Source: Candidatus Heimdallarchaeum endolithica
Lineage (GTDB): Archaea > Asgardarchaeota > Heimdallarchaeia > Heimdallarchaeales > Heimdallarchaeaceae
Assembly: GCA_021513715.1 (NCBI GenBank)
Contig: CP084167.1
Span: 32,001 to 96,000, forward strand
Direction: 5' to 3'
Length of the DNA: 64,000 nucleotides
Positions 19,327 to 29,627 of this stretch are shown here, piece by piece. The translations under genes and the position numbers were made by a program. The notes beneath the pieces were generated by a model. The model was not told the origin of the DNA. It was given only the letters and a program-made list of their open reading frames with translations, and ran no database searches. The first letter of the stretch is position 1. Each line of letters starts with the position of its first letter.

Positions 19327-19587
19327 ATGACGATTATTGCTCAACATCTTAAATGTGATTTAAGAAAAAAATGTGCATCATGTAGCAAATATCTTTTTTC
19401 TCCAAAACAAAGAGCTAGATATTTTTACTGCCCAGAGTGCAAATATGACATTCTTTGTGATAGAGGGTTGATTCAGAACTTTACTACAGATAAAAATGGA
19501 ATGATTAAAAAGCAAAATCTATGTATGATCTGTAGAACTGAAGTTGAAGAAAGAATGTGGCCCGATGATAGCGAGAATATTGAATAA
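19327..19587 (+). CDS. Small multi-Cys zinc-finger protein
   Basis: Eight Cys, including CASC, CPEC and CMIC. Coupled to the previous gene. Confidence 0.7.
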   Translation: MTIIAQHLKCDLRKKCASCSKYLFSPKQRARYFYCPECKYDILCDRGLIQNFTTDKNGMIKKQNLCMICRTEVEERMWPDDSENIE

Positions 19588-19610
19588 AAATAAAAAAAGA
19601 GAAATTAAGT

Positions 19611-20987
19611 TTAATGTATAACATAGAGACCTGGGTCATCCATGACATAGATTGTTGCATCTGGATTTTTATCTAAATATGCTTTTACTTCTTTTCTTAA
19701 AGCTTCCAATGGATCATCATCTGGTTGATTAATTGGAACAATTCTATAATCTTTTACCATTTCTGGATCCATTGTTGAAAGAAGTTTTAGATTTCCTTCT
19801 CCAATCGTTTTGACAATTCTGAGTAAATCTACCGGCTTTTGGTTACCAATTTTGAAGGTCTCTTCACTGCAATAGTTGTCAAGCACATATTCTAAAGCTT
19901 GCTGAAGTTCCATGTCTTTGCTTTCTTGCATAACTTTTTCATAATTAGCGTTTCCTATTCCATCGGGACATGGAGCTACTGCGATGATTTCTCCCTTTCC
20001 ATCTTTTCTACAAGCATTCCAAGCAGCGTGAATTCCTTTTCCTGTTTGATAAAGATTTATTCCCCATGATTGATTTCCTATGATAACAAGATCACTAGGT
20101 TTTTCTACCTCTACAGTTCTCATTGGAACAATATTTTTTACTCCTTCTTCATGTAAAGCTATTAAATCTCCTGCGTTGATATAGACTATTTCTCCTTCAG
20201 TTACTATAGTATCTATACCGAAAATAGTTACTTTTTCTTTGAGTATTTTTACCATCTCTTTAATATCAGAGATTACAGGATTTGTGTCATCTGCATTTCC
20301 TAATCTACAACCCGGAACAAAACCTAGTTCACGATCAAACATACGTGGATGATTGATTCTTACTGTATCTCTTGCAGCAATACCAGGGCAGATTTCTTTA
20401 ACTGTACCTGCGACTCCAGCAAAATAATGCAATTCAGTATCTGTAATTGGGATAAGAATTGAACTTTCAAAAGCCAGTCTGTTGAAACCCATAGGTGTTC
20501 CTGCTGGACTAGTTCCAATCATTTCTACATCTTTATCACAATCATGAATTACAACTAGTTCTCTATAATCTTTGAGTATTTCTTCTCCGAAAATCTTTGG
20601 TAATTCATCTTCTCTTGGCTTTCTATGTGTTCCAGCAGCTACTAAAAGGCGGATATCCTCTTTTGCAACCCCTAAATCAAGTAATTTTTTCATGAAATAA
20701 GGTAGTACTTTTTTAGTATGAACATTGGGTCGTGTATTATCGTCAACTGCTATAACAATAAGCTTCCCAGGTTCATATTTCTTTTTTACAAGTTCTGTAA
20801 AAGTTATATCGTATCCTATAGGATTTTCAAGTACGTGATCGATAGCTTCCTCTAAAGTTCCTTCATACTGTTTTTTTCTACTAAATTCAGGAGGATGCAA
20901 AAACTTTGTTTTTTCTTTATACTCACTTGGAATAAAGTGATTAAGAAATTTGTCCCCCCATGATATAGGTGTATCTAAATATTCCAT
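19611..20987 (-). CDS. larA: Nickel-pincer-dependent lactate racemase LarA family
   Basis: DDNTRP, AAGTHR, HYFAGVAG and NLYQTGKG motifs. Confidence 0.88.
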   Translation of the reverse strand: MEYLDTPISWGDKFLNHFIPSEYKEKTKFLHPPEFSRKKQYEGTLEEAIDHVLENPIGYDITFTELVKKKYEPGKLIVIAVDDNTRPNVHTKKVLPYFMKKLLDLGVAKEDIRLLVAAGTHRKPREDELPKIFGEEILKDYRELVVIHDCDKDVEMIGTSPAGTPMGFNRLAFESSILIPITDTELHYFAGVAGTVKEICPGIAARDTVRINHPRMFDRELGFVPGCRLGNADDTNPVISDIKEMVKILKEKVTIFGIDTIVTEGEIVYINAGDLIALHEEGVKNIVPMRTVEVEKPSDLVIIGNQSWGINLYQTGKGIHAAWNACRKDGKGEIIAVAPCPDGIGNANYEKVMQESKDMELQQALEYVLDNYCSEETFKIGNQKPVDLLRIVKTIGEGNLKLLSTMDPEMVKDYRIVPINQPDDDPLEALRKEVKAYLDKNPDATIYVMDDPGLYVIH

Positions 20988-21231
20988 TTTCTTTCACCAG
21001 AAGGTTATTTCTAAGGTTGAGGAACAAAACCTAATATAAATTTTTGTTAAGAGATATATAAGAAGTTATTAATTGAAGCTTAATCTAAATTCATTTCCTT
21101 AATACTTTTTTTTTAAAAGTAATAAAAAACTTATTCTTTTTTCGCTTTAAGAAATAGTAAACTCAATGATTTAACAAAAGTGTTTTATCTTCTTCAAAAA
21201 ACAGTACCATAAGATAGTTTAGGAGATTAAA

Positions 21232-22119
21232 ATGAAAATTATTCCTGGTCCAGCTTCAATTGAACTCGCAGAAAGAATAGCAAAAGATCTTGGTCTTTCA
21301 ATAGTGAAATATAGTTACAAACATTTTTATGATAATGAAACGTATTTAAGAGTTGATGAAACAGTTAAAGACGAAGCAATATTAATAATACAGTCTACAC
21401 ATTTTCCTCAAGAGAAACATTGGTTAGAGCTGTTTATACTTTGTTCTACACTTAAAGATTTAGGGGCTTCTGAAGTAATAAGCATAATTCCTTATCTATC
21501 CTATGCAAGAGCTGATAAAAGAAAAATAGAGGGTGAAGCACTTTCTCACCAAATTTTAATTGAACTTTTAGAGAAGAGTGGTTGTGATTGCGTTATAACA
21601 ATGAATGTTCACAATCCTGAAGCTTTCTATTCTTCTTCTAAAGGAATTGAAAAGATAAATATTAATCTCTTTCACCATATTGGAGCTGAATTAAAGAATA
21701 AGTACAAAAACTTCGTTGTTGTTGGACCAGATAAAGGAGCAGAAGAAGATGTAAGAACATTAGCTAAACTGCTGGAAACAGATTATCTCCTTTTTGAAAA
21801 AGAAAGAGATGCTTTAACAAATGAAGTAAAAATGAAAACGCCAGATTATAATTTTGAGAATAAAGATGTTTTATTGGTTGATGATATAATTACTTCAGGA
21901 GGAACAGCAAAACTTGCTTCCAAGCTTATTTTGGAAAAAAAACCACGAATACTTCAGTTTTTGTGTATTCACGCTTTATCCAAAGATGAAGTTTATTTAG
22001 AATTGAAAAATATGGGAGTAGAAAAAATAATAAGTACAAACACAATTCCTAATAAACAAATAAAACAGTTGGATATCGCTCCTTACATTGCTAAATATAT
22101 CAAAGAAAAGTTTCTTTAA
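21232..22119 (+). CDS. prs: Ribose-phosphate pyrophosphokinase (archaeal type)
   Basis: PYLSYARAD, GPDKGA and VDDIITSGGT motifs. Confidence 0.93.
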   Translation: MKIIPGPASIELAERIAKDLGLSIVKYSYKHFYDNETYLRVDETVKDEAILIIQSTHFPQEKHWLELFILCSTLKDLGASEVISIIPYLSYARADKRKIEGEALSHQILIELLEKSGCDCVITMNVHNPEAFYSSSKGIEKININLFHHIGAELKNKYKNFVVVGPDKGAEEDVRTLAKLLETDYLLFEKERDALTNEVKMKTPDYNFENKDVLLVDDIITSGGTAKLASKLILEKKPRILQFLCIHALSKDEVYLELKNMGVEKIISTNTIPNKQIKQLDIAPYIAKYIKEKFL

Positions 22120-22154
22120 TAATAATTTACTCTTTATTCGATCTTTATAACCTC

Positions 22155-23204
22155 GTGATTAATATGAAAAAATATCTTGTTTATCTTTCTGGAGACTATC
22201 TCGATTTAGCTTTTGAAGAGTTAAAAGCTAGTTTAGAAGCAGAAAAAATAGATTATTTTAATATAGAACTAAACTCCCAAGTTGCTGTTTTTGAAAGCCA
22301 AAACTCTCCTTTAATTGCTGTAAAACGTTGTGCTTATTCACATTTCTTAGCTGAACTTTGTTTTATAGGAGAGATCGAAAATAATAGGCTAAACATTCAA
22401 GTTCTTACTCTTCCAGAGCTAGAAGAAAAAAAATCGATAAGAGTAAGAATCAATAAGGTAGGAAAGAAAAAGACGAGTTTTAGTACTTCTAAAATGGAAA
22501 AAACTATTGCAAAAGAAATCTATGAACATTATCAAAACCACGATTTTGAAGTTGATCTTATAAATTCAGATTATACTTTTAGAGGAATATGTGTAGAAAA
22601 CAAGTTATTCGTTGGTTTTGAACTATATATTCAAGATAAAAAAGAAATTGTTAAAAGAGAACCAGGAAAAAGACCAGTGTTCAGACCAGGAGCAATGAAA
22701 GTTAAATTTTCTCGTTCTCTTGTTAATCTCTGCAGAGTTAAAAGAGATTCGATTTTTTATGATCCTTTTTGTGGAGGGGGAGGGTTATTGCTTGAATCTA
22801 CTCTTTTAGGAGCCTATTCTATTGGTTCAGATTTGGATTACAGAGCAATAGAATGTTCAAAAATTAACCTAAAAGCTTATGTTCAAAAAAAATACGCGTT
22901 AATAGTAGCTGATTCTAGAAAATTGCCAATTATTTACGCTGATGCTATTGCAACAGATCCTCCTTATTCTATACAATCCTCAACGCATGGAGAAGAAATT
23001 CTTTCTTTGCTTTCTAAATTCTTAAAAGAAGCTCAAAATATCTTGAAGAAAGGTTCTTATTGTGTTTTTTGTTCTCCTAAAAAGAATCAACCAGAAAAAA
23101 TAATAGATTATTTTCCTAGCTTTCATTTAAAAACAATGATTGATACTAGAATACATGGGTCATTAACTCGACGCATAATTGTATTGGTGAAAAATAGTGA
23201 CTGA
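22155..23204 (+). CDS. trm11: THUMP-domain tRNA (guanine(10)-N2)-methyltransferase, Trm11/TrmG10
   Basis: THUMP N-domain; DPFCGGGG SAM motif; TDPPY. Confidence 0.85.
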   Translation: MINMKKYLVYLSGDYLDLAFEELKASLEAEKIDYFNIELNSQVAVFESQNSPLIAVKRCAYSHFLAELCFIGEIENNRLNIQVLTLPELEEKKSIRVRINKVGKKKTSFSTSKMEKTIAKEIYEHYQNHDFEVDLINSDYTFRGICVENKLFVGFELYIQDKKEIVKREPGKRPVFRPGAMKVKFSRSLVNLCRVKRDSIFYDPFCGGGGLLLESTLLGAYSIGSDLDYRAIECSKINLKAYVQKKYALIVADSRKLPIIYADAIATDPPYSIQSSTHGEEILSLLSKFLKEAQNILKKGSYCVFCSPKKNQPEKIIDYFPSFHLKTMIDTRIHGSLTRRIIVLVKNSD

Positions 23205-24132
23205 GAAAGTTGAAGTAGTTTTCTTAGGTACGGCAGCTTCATTACCTCAGAAGAATAGAATGCAAAGTTGCACTGCTATTAGGTTTAGAGATTATACCTT
23301 AATAGTAGATATGGGAGAAGGTGCTCAAAATCAAATTAGAGAATACAAGATTAAAACTTCAAATAAAGTTTACATTCTTCTAACTCATTTACATGCAGAT
23401 CATACAATTGGTTTAGTAGGTTTCTTGTCTAGTAGAAACTTGTTAAAAATAGAAAAAAAAATCACTGTAATTGGGCCTCCAGGGACAAGACGTTTTTTTT
23501 ATTTTATGTTCTTGTCTTTCAACTTTCTTCCCAAATTTGAACTAGAAATCATAGAAACAGAAGGAGAAATTGTCCTTAATATCCAGGATTTCTCAATTAA
23601 ATCTTTTAAAGTTAGACATTCTTCTCCTGTAAATCTAGGATATAAAATAACTTTTTACCCTACTTCCTTCGCTAAATTTAATCCTGAAAAAGCAGAAAAA
23701 AAAGGTATTCCAAAAGGATTACTTTGGAAAAAACTGCAAGAGGGTTTCTCTGTAGAGGTTGATGGAAAGAAGATTCTACCATCTGAAGTCTTAGAACCAA
23801 GACAGTCAAAAGAAGTAAGAATCACTTTTTCTGGTGATACTCGCCCTTGTGATAGTTTAATTAATAATGCAAAAGAAGTGGATTTGTTGGTTTGTGATGC
23901 TACTTATCCTGAAGAATGTGGTGAAAGAGCAGAAGAATTTTTGCATTCAACAATTGAAGAAGCTGCAGTAGTTGCAATGAAAGCAAACTGTAAACAGGTA
24001 GTTTTCACACACTTTTCAGAGTTTTATACTGATTTTGAATCGAGTTTAAATAGAGCAAGAACTATTTTTCAGAACTCTTCATTAGCTGAAGAAGGAAAAA
24101 GAATAATCTTAGATTTTTCCTACAATTCTTAA
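23197..24132 (+). CDS. rnz: Ribonuclease Z
   Basis: FLGT, DMGEG, THLHADH, flexible arm GIPKG, SGDTRP and HST motifs. Confidence 0.92.
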   Translation: MTEKVEVVFLGTAASLPQKNRMQSCTAIRFRDYTLIVDMGEGAQNQIREYKIKTSNKVYILLTHLHADHTIGLVGFLSSRNLLKIEKKITVIGPPGTRRFFYFMFLSFNFLPKFELEIIETEGEIVLNIQDFSIKSFKVRHSSPVNLGYKITFYPTSFAKFNPEKAEKKGIPKGLLWKKLQEGFSVEVDGKKILPSEVLEPRQSKEVRITFSGDTRPCDSLINNAKEVDLLVCDATYPEECGERAEEFLHSTIEEAAVVAMKANCKQVVFTHFSEFYTDFESSLNRARTIFQNSSLAEEGKRIILDFSYNS

Positions 24133-24584
24133 GAAAAACTATAAATCTCCCTAAAACTTCTAGGACTTAATTCTTTTCCTTTTTCAGTTTTTGGAGCCAG
24201 CCAATCTAGGATCTCTTCTGCAGTGTTTTTCTCTGTTTGTAAGCGAATTTCAACATGACCAAAAGGTGATGAAGTATCTTCTGTTACTACTGCAATTCTT
24301 TTAGAATAGAGAGCTTGTTTATGTAAATATAAAAGTAATGTATATTCATCTTCAATAACTGCGCAAGCTCTTACAGTATCTAAGAATTTCTTTTGCCTGA
24401 TATCAGAAAAGATTCTCTTAAGCAGTCCAATGCCAATATTTGAAGAGTATAAGAAATTGTTTTCTCCTTCTTTTATTAATTTTAATTTAATTTTTTTATC
24501 AAAAAGATTTTCAAAACATTTCTCGATTTTTTCTTTTTCTTCAGTTGGATAGATAGGAGTTTTAACAGAGATTGTTAAAGTCAT
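24129..24584 (-). CDS. UPF0201/DUF54 RNA-binding protein
   Basis: IYPTEEKEKI, LDTVR, HKQA and DWLAPKT motifs. Usual partner of UPF0200. Likely start is MTLTISVK. Confidence 0.8.
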   Translation of the reverse strand: MTLTISVKTPIYPTEEKEKIEKCFENLFDKKIKLKLIKEGENNFLYSSNIGIGLLKRIFSDIRQKKFLDTVRACAVIEDEYTLLLYLHKQALYSKRIAVVTEDTSSPFGHVEIRLQTEKNTAEEILDWLAPKTEKGKELSPRSFREIYSFS

Positions 24585-24588
24585 TTTT

Positions 24589-25158
24589 TTATACCTGCTC
24601 AAAGTGATTGAAAAAATCATAAACTTTCTTTTTGAAATCATCAAAATTGCTGTTATTTTCGATCATATAATTGGCATAAGCTATAGCTTCTCCAAGTCCT
24701 ACGCTTAATTCTATTTGATCTCTTCTATTAAACTCTTCAATAGTTGAAGGAGCATCAGAGCGTTTTCTTTTCTGTAAGCGGTTTAATCTCAACTTAGAAT
24801 CAGCATGAACTGCTAAAACAGAGAACAGATTTTCAAACTTTTGTCGAAAAGTTACTACTTCAGCTTGACTGCGAATACCATCAATAATAAATTTACTTTT
24901 TCCTTCTTTGGAAATTTTTTCTATTTCATCAACAGTTGCAAGAGCTACAGCATTAGGTCCATGCCTTTTTCTTAGTTCCTGCATCATCAAGTTACAATTT
25001 TCAGGAGTTGGTTCTTTTCCCTCCTCTCTAACTTTTTGTCTAATAACATCTCCCATAATTACAATAGTATAACCAAAATCTTTCCCTATCTTTGCTAATT
25101 CTGATTTTCCTGAACCAGGCATACCAGTAATTCCTATAACTCTGAAAATATTACTCAT
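24589..25158 (-). CDS. UPF0200 P-loop kinase (dephospho-CoA kinase-like)
   Basis: GITGMPGSGKS, MGDVIR, IDGIRS and RxRSD motifs. Confidence 0.85.
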   Translation of the reverse strand: MSNIFRVIGITGMPGSGKSELAKIGKDFGYTIVIMGDVIRQKVREEGKEPTPENCNLMMQELRKRHGPNAVALATVDEIEKISKEGKSKFIIDGIRSQAEVVTFRQKFENLFSVLAVHADSKLRLNRLQKRKRSDAPSTIEEFNRRDQIELSVGLGEAIAYANYMIENNSNFDDFKKKVYDFFNHFEQV

Positions 25159-25266
25159 TCGCTTCAGTTTCTTTAAAACTAAAGCGAATAAAAAGATTTA
25201 GATTATTTGTAGAGACATAATATAAATTACAAAAAAAAATATATAGACACCTTTTTTTTTAATTCT

Positions 25267-25833
25267 GTGAAAAGAGTATTTATATCAATTGATGTAGAAA
25301 ACGAAAAAGTAATTCAAAATATTAAGCAAGTTCAAAAAGAACTTTTAGAGACAGGGTCATCTATCAAGCTTGTTGAACTCTTTAACTTACATCTTACTTT
25401 AGAGTTTCTTGGTGAAATTAATGAGAAAGAAGTAGAGTACGTAATGGATATTATTTCAAGCTTATCTTTTGCTGAATTTAGCCTTTCTTTTCACTGTCTA
25501 GTGAGTTTACCTAATGAGAATTATATTAGAGTAATTGCTACAGAGGTTGGAGGACAAGTTGATATTCTTAAAAACCTTCAAAGTGAATTGAGAACAAAAC
25601 TAAAGAAGGGGCGATTTAAAGTTGATAAAAGAGCCTATACTCCCCATTTGACTATAGCAAGAGTGAAGTCTAGTAAAAACAAAGAAAAAATACTTAAACT
25701 TCTACATTCAAACAAAGAAAAAAACTTTGGAACAATAAAAGTAGATTCAATTAATTTGAAAGAATCTATTCTCACTCCTAAAGGTCCCAAATATATTACT
25801 TTATTCAAAAAAAAGGTAGAATCTAATGTCTAA
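25267..25833 (+). CDS. thpR: RNA 2',3'-cyclic phosphodiesterase (2'-5' RNA ligase family)
   Basis: Two HxT motifs (LHLTL, PHLTI) and SILTPKGPKY. Confidence 0.92.
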   Translation: MKRVFISIDVENEKVIQNIKQVQKELLETGSSIKLVELFNLHLTLEFLGEINEKEVEYVMDIISSLSFAEFSLSFHCLVSLPNENYIRVIATEVGGQVDILKNLQSELRTKLKKGRFKVDKRAYTPHLTIARVKSSKNKEKILKLLHSNKEKNFGTIKVDSINLKESILTPKGPKYITLFKKKVESNV

Positions 25834-27316
25834 AAGTGTTAATGAAGAAATAGAAAAAAAAATGGATGAAATAGAGAATGCTGTAGTTGAGCAGCTTATT
25901 ATTGATGAAGAATTTCATATGGAAGTAGAAGAGATATTAAATATTCTGATTGAAAAAATAAATTCTGATCTATCTTCAATAGGTGTAATAGGTAGAGTAG
26001 AAAAGCAGGGTTCTTTTGTGAGAAGAACTTACTTAAATGAAGATGACACTTATGACTTGGTTTTAATTCTGAAAAAAGATGAAAAACCAAATGTCCCTAG
26101 AATATTAGATTTATTAGTTGAAAGACTGAAGAATGATAGGATACAAAAACAACCAATACAAATTACAAAAATTGTAGGTAAGTTACCCTATTTAAGAATA
26201 ATTGCTAATGGAATATTGGTTAATTTATTTGTAGGATTTGATATTTCTCCTGAGCAATCTAAAATGTCAATCTTTGACTTGATTCCTCTACATACAAGTT
26301 ATATAATCACACATATGAGTTCTAATGAAAAGAAAGATGTATTACTTTTAAAGAAATTTATGAAAAGTATTGGTGTTTACAGAAATGAAATTGGTGCTAT
26401 AGGTTTTAATGGATATTTGTGTGAATTATTGATTCTCTTTTATGGTTCGTTTCGAAACACAATAAAAGCTATTGCTAAATGGAAACCTCGTGTCTTAATA
26501 GATATGAAGAAAAATAAACAAGTAATTGAAGATGTTGATGCTCAAACAATTGAGCTTCTAGGCGGATATTATCCACTTTACGTGTCTGACCCTCTCGCTC
26601 CAAGAAATAATGTAGCTGCTGATGTTTCGATTAATCAATTTAATTCAGTCATTTCAGCTGCAAATGTCTATTTGTATGCACCTAGTTTGTCATTCTTTTT
26701 ATATCAACCTGTAACTCTTCCTTCTTTTGAGACTCTAGTTCAGAAAATAAAGATGTCAGGTAAAACAATCCTAGTTTTAAGTTTTTATAGAAGACATCAG
26801 GAATCAGAAATTTGTTGGCAACAAGCATTGAACATGAAAAAAGCTTTTACTAAAGAACTTGAGAGAAACAGATATCTGATAGAAAGAATTCAACCATTTA
26901 TAACTGATGAATATTATGGTATATTTATTTCTCTATTCAAATCTAAACCTCAAGTGACTGTTAGGAGAGAAGGCCCATCAATTTTTGATGGAAAAGCTTC
27001 TGCAAACTTTCTAAAAACCTTTAGTACTCATGTGGATGTCGTTTCTGGTCCTTATATAGAAAACCAAAAATGGGTGATCTATTTTGCAAATAGAGGGCAA
27101 GATGTTATACTTTTTCTACAATCATTAGTTCACTCTAATACTTTTATCTTGGAAGTTGATTCATTTCTAAAACTGGAAATAAAAAATAAACTAAAGATTC
27201 ATTCTGTTGAAACAACCTTGAAAGACCTGTATAATACTGACATTGAATTTGCAGAACAATTTTATCTTTTTGTAGAAAGAAAACCTTTGTGGATTTTGAA
27301 TATAGGAAAACAATAA
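25826..27316 (+). CDS. cca: Class I CCA tRNA nucleotidyltransferase homolog with a degenerate catalytic site
   Basis: QGSF..T.L, PYL, LLKKFMK.IGVY, GFNGYLCELL.YGSF and DP..NVAA motifs. Overlaps thpR as is common in archaea. Confidence 0.85.
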   Translation: MSKSVNEEIEKKMDEIENAVVEQLIIDEEFHMEVEEILNILIEKINSDLSSIGVIGRVEKQGSFVRRTYLNEDDTYDLVLILKKDEKPNVPRILDLLVERLKNDRIQKQPIQITKIVGKLPYLRIIANGILVNLFVGFDISPEQSKMSIFDLIPLHTSYIITHMSSNEKKDVLLLKKFMKSIGVYRNEIGAIGFNGYLCELLILFYGSFRNTIKAIAKWKPRVLIDMKKNKQVIEDVDAQTIELLGGYYPLYVSDPLAPRNNVAADVSINQFNSVISAANVYLYAPSLSFFLYQPVTLPSFETLVQKIKMSGKTILVLSFYRRHQESEICWQQALNMKKAFTKELERNRYLIERIQPFITDEYYGIFISLFKSKPQVTVRREGPSIFDGKASANFLKTFSTHVDVVSGPYIENQKWVIYFANRGQDVILFLQSLVHSNTFILEVDSFLKLEIKNKLKIHSVETTLKDLYNTDIEFAEQFYLFVERKPLWILNIGKQ

Positions 27317-27425
27317 GCATCTTTTTTTCTTTTTCTTTATTAGTTTTTTTAATTTAAAACTGTTCTCTGTTTAAACAATAAGTAAACTTTTATATAAAAT
27401 GTTTTACAAATAAAGATGAATCAAG

Positions 27426-27782
27426 ATGAATGAATTTACAGGAATAGCAAAAATAATTTTTGATGAACTAATGGAGGAAATAGAAGAAGAACTTGAAGAA
27501 ACCTTCAGTAATCTGCTTTCTGAAGATAAACTTACAAGTCTAATAGAAACAATACAAGAAAATACTAAAGTAGAAGTTACAGAAATAATAAATGAAAACT
27601 ATTCTGAAGAGATGAATGCTGTAAGAAAGATGATACTAGGAGAAAAACTTTCAAGAATTGTAACAAGAGAAACAAGAAAAGTGTTAGAAAAGTTATCTTT
27701 GGAAATAATTAGTTTATCAATGGGATTAATAGAAACTCTAAGAAACGAAATTATTGGAGAGGTTTTTGAAGAAACAGAGTAA
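27426..27782 (+). CDS. Acidic helical hypothetical protein
   Basis: 118-aa Glu-rich ORF. Confidence 0.65.
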   Translation: MNEFTGIAKIIFDELMEEIEEELEETFSNLLSEDKLTSLIETIQENTKVEVTEIINENYSEEMNAVRKMILGEKLSRIVTRETRKVLEKLSLEIISLSMGLIETLRNEIIGEVFEETE

Positions 27783-27995
27783 AAAAAATATTTCCTCCCC
27801 AATCTTTTTCTCTTTTACTAACATAACTTTTGTATAATTTTTGTGTGAGTTAATTTTGCTATCAGGAAAGGCTTATGATTTTTCGAAAAGTATTGATATC
27901 TTTTGTAGTTTTAATATAATTAAACCAAAAAAAAGTAGTAGGACTTTCTTAAATAGAAAAGAGAAGGAAATATAATTTTTTAATTATTTAACTTC

Positions 27996-29627
27996 TCAAT
28001 AAACTCTTTTTTTATCTTTGAAAACAAATAGTTTTTTTGGGTCTATATAGACTTTTATCGTATCACCGACTATTTTTGAGATTATTTTATCTAGTCCTTC
28101 TACAACATCAATAAGGAGAATAGTTTCGTCTTTAAGTAATCCTGTTAATTTGGCTTCTTTACCTAAATATTCTATCGTATGTATCTCGATTTCTAATTCA
28201 AAACAACCATCAATATTCCTCAGATAGACGTCTTCTGGCCTTACAACGATCTGTAATTCTGATCCTTTATCAATCTCCTCTTTGATTTCTATATTGATTT
28301 TTTCTCCTCCCTTTAATTTAGCAACTCCATTTCCTTCGTAATTACCTACTAAGGTTGTTGATTCACCAATAAATTGAGCTACAAAGAGTGTTTTTGGATC
28401 GTCCCATACTTCTCTAGGCTTACCATATTGTTCAATATATCCAACGTTCATAACAGCTATGCGGTCACTAATTGCTAATGCTTCAGTTTGGTCATGGGTT
28501 ACATATACTGCAGTCATTCCTATTTTTTTAATTATAGAACGAATTTCTGTTCTGAGTTCTTTTCTTAGTTTAGCATCTAGATTACTTAAAGGTTCATCAC
28601 AAAGTAGAACATCAGGTTCAACAACTATAGCTCTGGCAAGAGCAATCCTTTGTTGTTGACCTCCACTTAACTCTGGAGGATTTTTATATGCTTGGTCTTC
28701 AAGATGAACCATTCTAAGAGCATCAAAAACTTTCTTTCTTCTAAAAGCCCAATCAGGATCTATTTTTTCTTTTGCGTCTAAATATGCTTTATTACTTTCT
28801 GAAAAAGGAAGCTTGATGTATTTCCATAATTTAATTAAAAACCAAGTAACCTTTGCAATTGATGATGAATGTTTTTCAAAGTATTCTTTCTGTTCTTTTT
28901 CTATTGTTTCAGAGACATATTCATAGGTTAAAGGATGGAAAATAAAGAAAGGTCGAGTAAAAGGAAACAGTAGAATATAAATTGGTTTCCTGTATTTTAT
29001 TTTCTCTTCTTTTGTTTTTGATTCTGGTAACCAATTAGGGAGTTGTCTGACAACATAGGTATAGTGATCTCTAATTGCTTTCTTTAAAGTTTTAAGAACA
29101 TATTTGATGTTTTTAAATTTGATTTTTGGGTCATTAAGAGTTTGTTCAACTTCTTCAGCAGATAATTCCCAACAAGTGGCTGTTTCTTTTCCTTTACAAA
29201 AGCTAACAATGTATTCAGCAATCTGTTCTAACTGTTTTGTTGCACCATAACTTGAGAATGAAATTTCAGTAATTATTTCTTTCTTTTCTTTAATGAAGAA
29301 AACAATTTTTTCCTTTAATCTTAATTTCAGTCCATACTCGACATTACCAAAAATAGTCATATGAGGCCATAAAGCATAGTTTTGAAAGATCATTGCAGTG
29401 TTTCTTTTTTGTGGAGGAAGTAAAGTAACATCTTTATCCCCTAAAAATATCTGACCTTCAAAAGGTTCAACGAATCCAGCTAACGAACGAAGTAAAGTGG
29501 TTTTTCCACAACCACTAGGACCAAGTAAAGTGGTTATCTCTCCATCAGGTATTTCTAAATCAATATTTCTTACTGCAATAAAATCATCATAAGCAATTCC
29601 AATATTTTTGTATTTTACAGAAACCAA
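27996..29627 (-). CDS. ABC transporter ATP-binding subunit (MalK/PotA/FbpC type, TOBE C-terminus) with a ~185-aa insertion
   Basis: GPSGCGKTT, FQNYALWPHM, LSGGQQQR, CDEPLSNLD and VTHDQ motifs. Confidence 0.9.
   Translation of the reverse strand: MVSVKYKNIGIAYDDFIAVRNIDLEIPDGEITTLLGPSGCGKTTLLRSLAGFVEPFEGQIFLGDKDVTLLPPQKRNTAMIFQNYALWPHMTIFGNVEYGLKLRLKEKIVFFIKEKKEIITEISFSSYGATKQLEQIAEYIVSFCKGKETATCWELSAEEVEQTLNDPKIKFKNIKYVLKTLKKAIRDHYTYVVRQLPNWLPESKTKEEKIKYRKPIYILLFPFTRPFFIFHPLTYEYVSETIEKEQKEYFEKHSSSIAKVTWFLIKLWKYIKLPFSESNKAYLDAKEKIDPDWAFRRKKVFDALRMVHLEDQAYKNPPELSGGQQQRIALARAIVVEPDVLLCDEPLSNLDAKLRKELRTEIRSIIKKIGMTAVYVTHDQTEALAISDRIAVMNVGYIEQYGKPREVWDDPKTLFVAQFIGESTTLVGNYEGNGVAKLKGGEKINIEIKEEIDKGSELQIVVRPEDVYLRNIDGCFELEIEIHTIEYLGKEAKLTGLLKDETILLIDVVEGLDKIISKIVGDTIKVYIDPKKLFVFKDKKRVY

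Noticed and set aside
21232-27316. tRNA-processing cluster (prs-trm11-rnz, DUF54-UPF0200, thpR-cca) as a new system
   Set aside because: This is a commonly conserved archaeal neighbourhood; only the degenerate cca site is notable.
28760-29318. Intein in the ABC ATPase
   Set aside because: There are no splice-junction residues or LAGLIDADG motifs.
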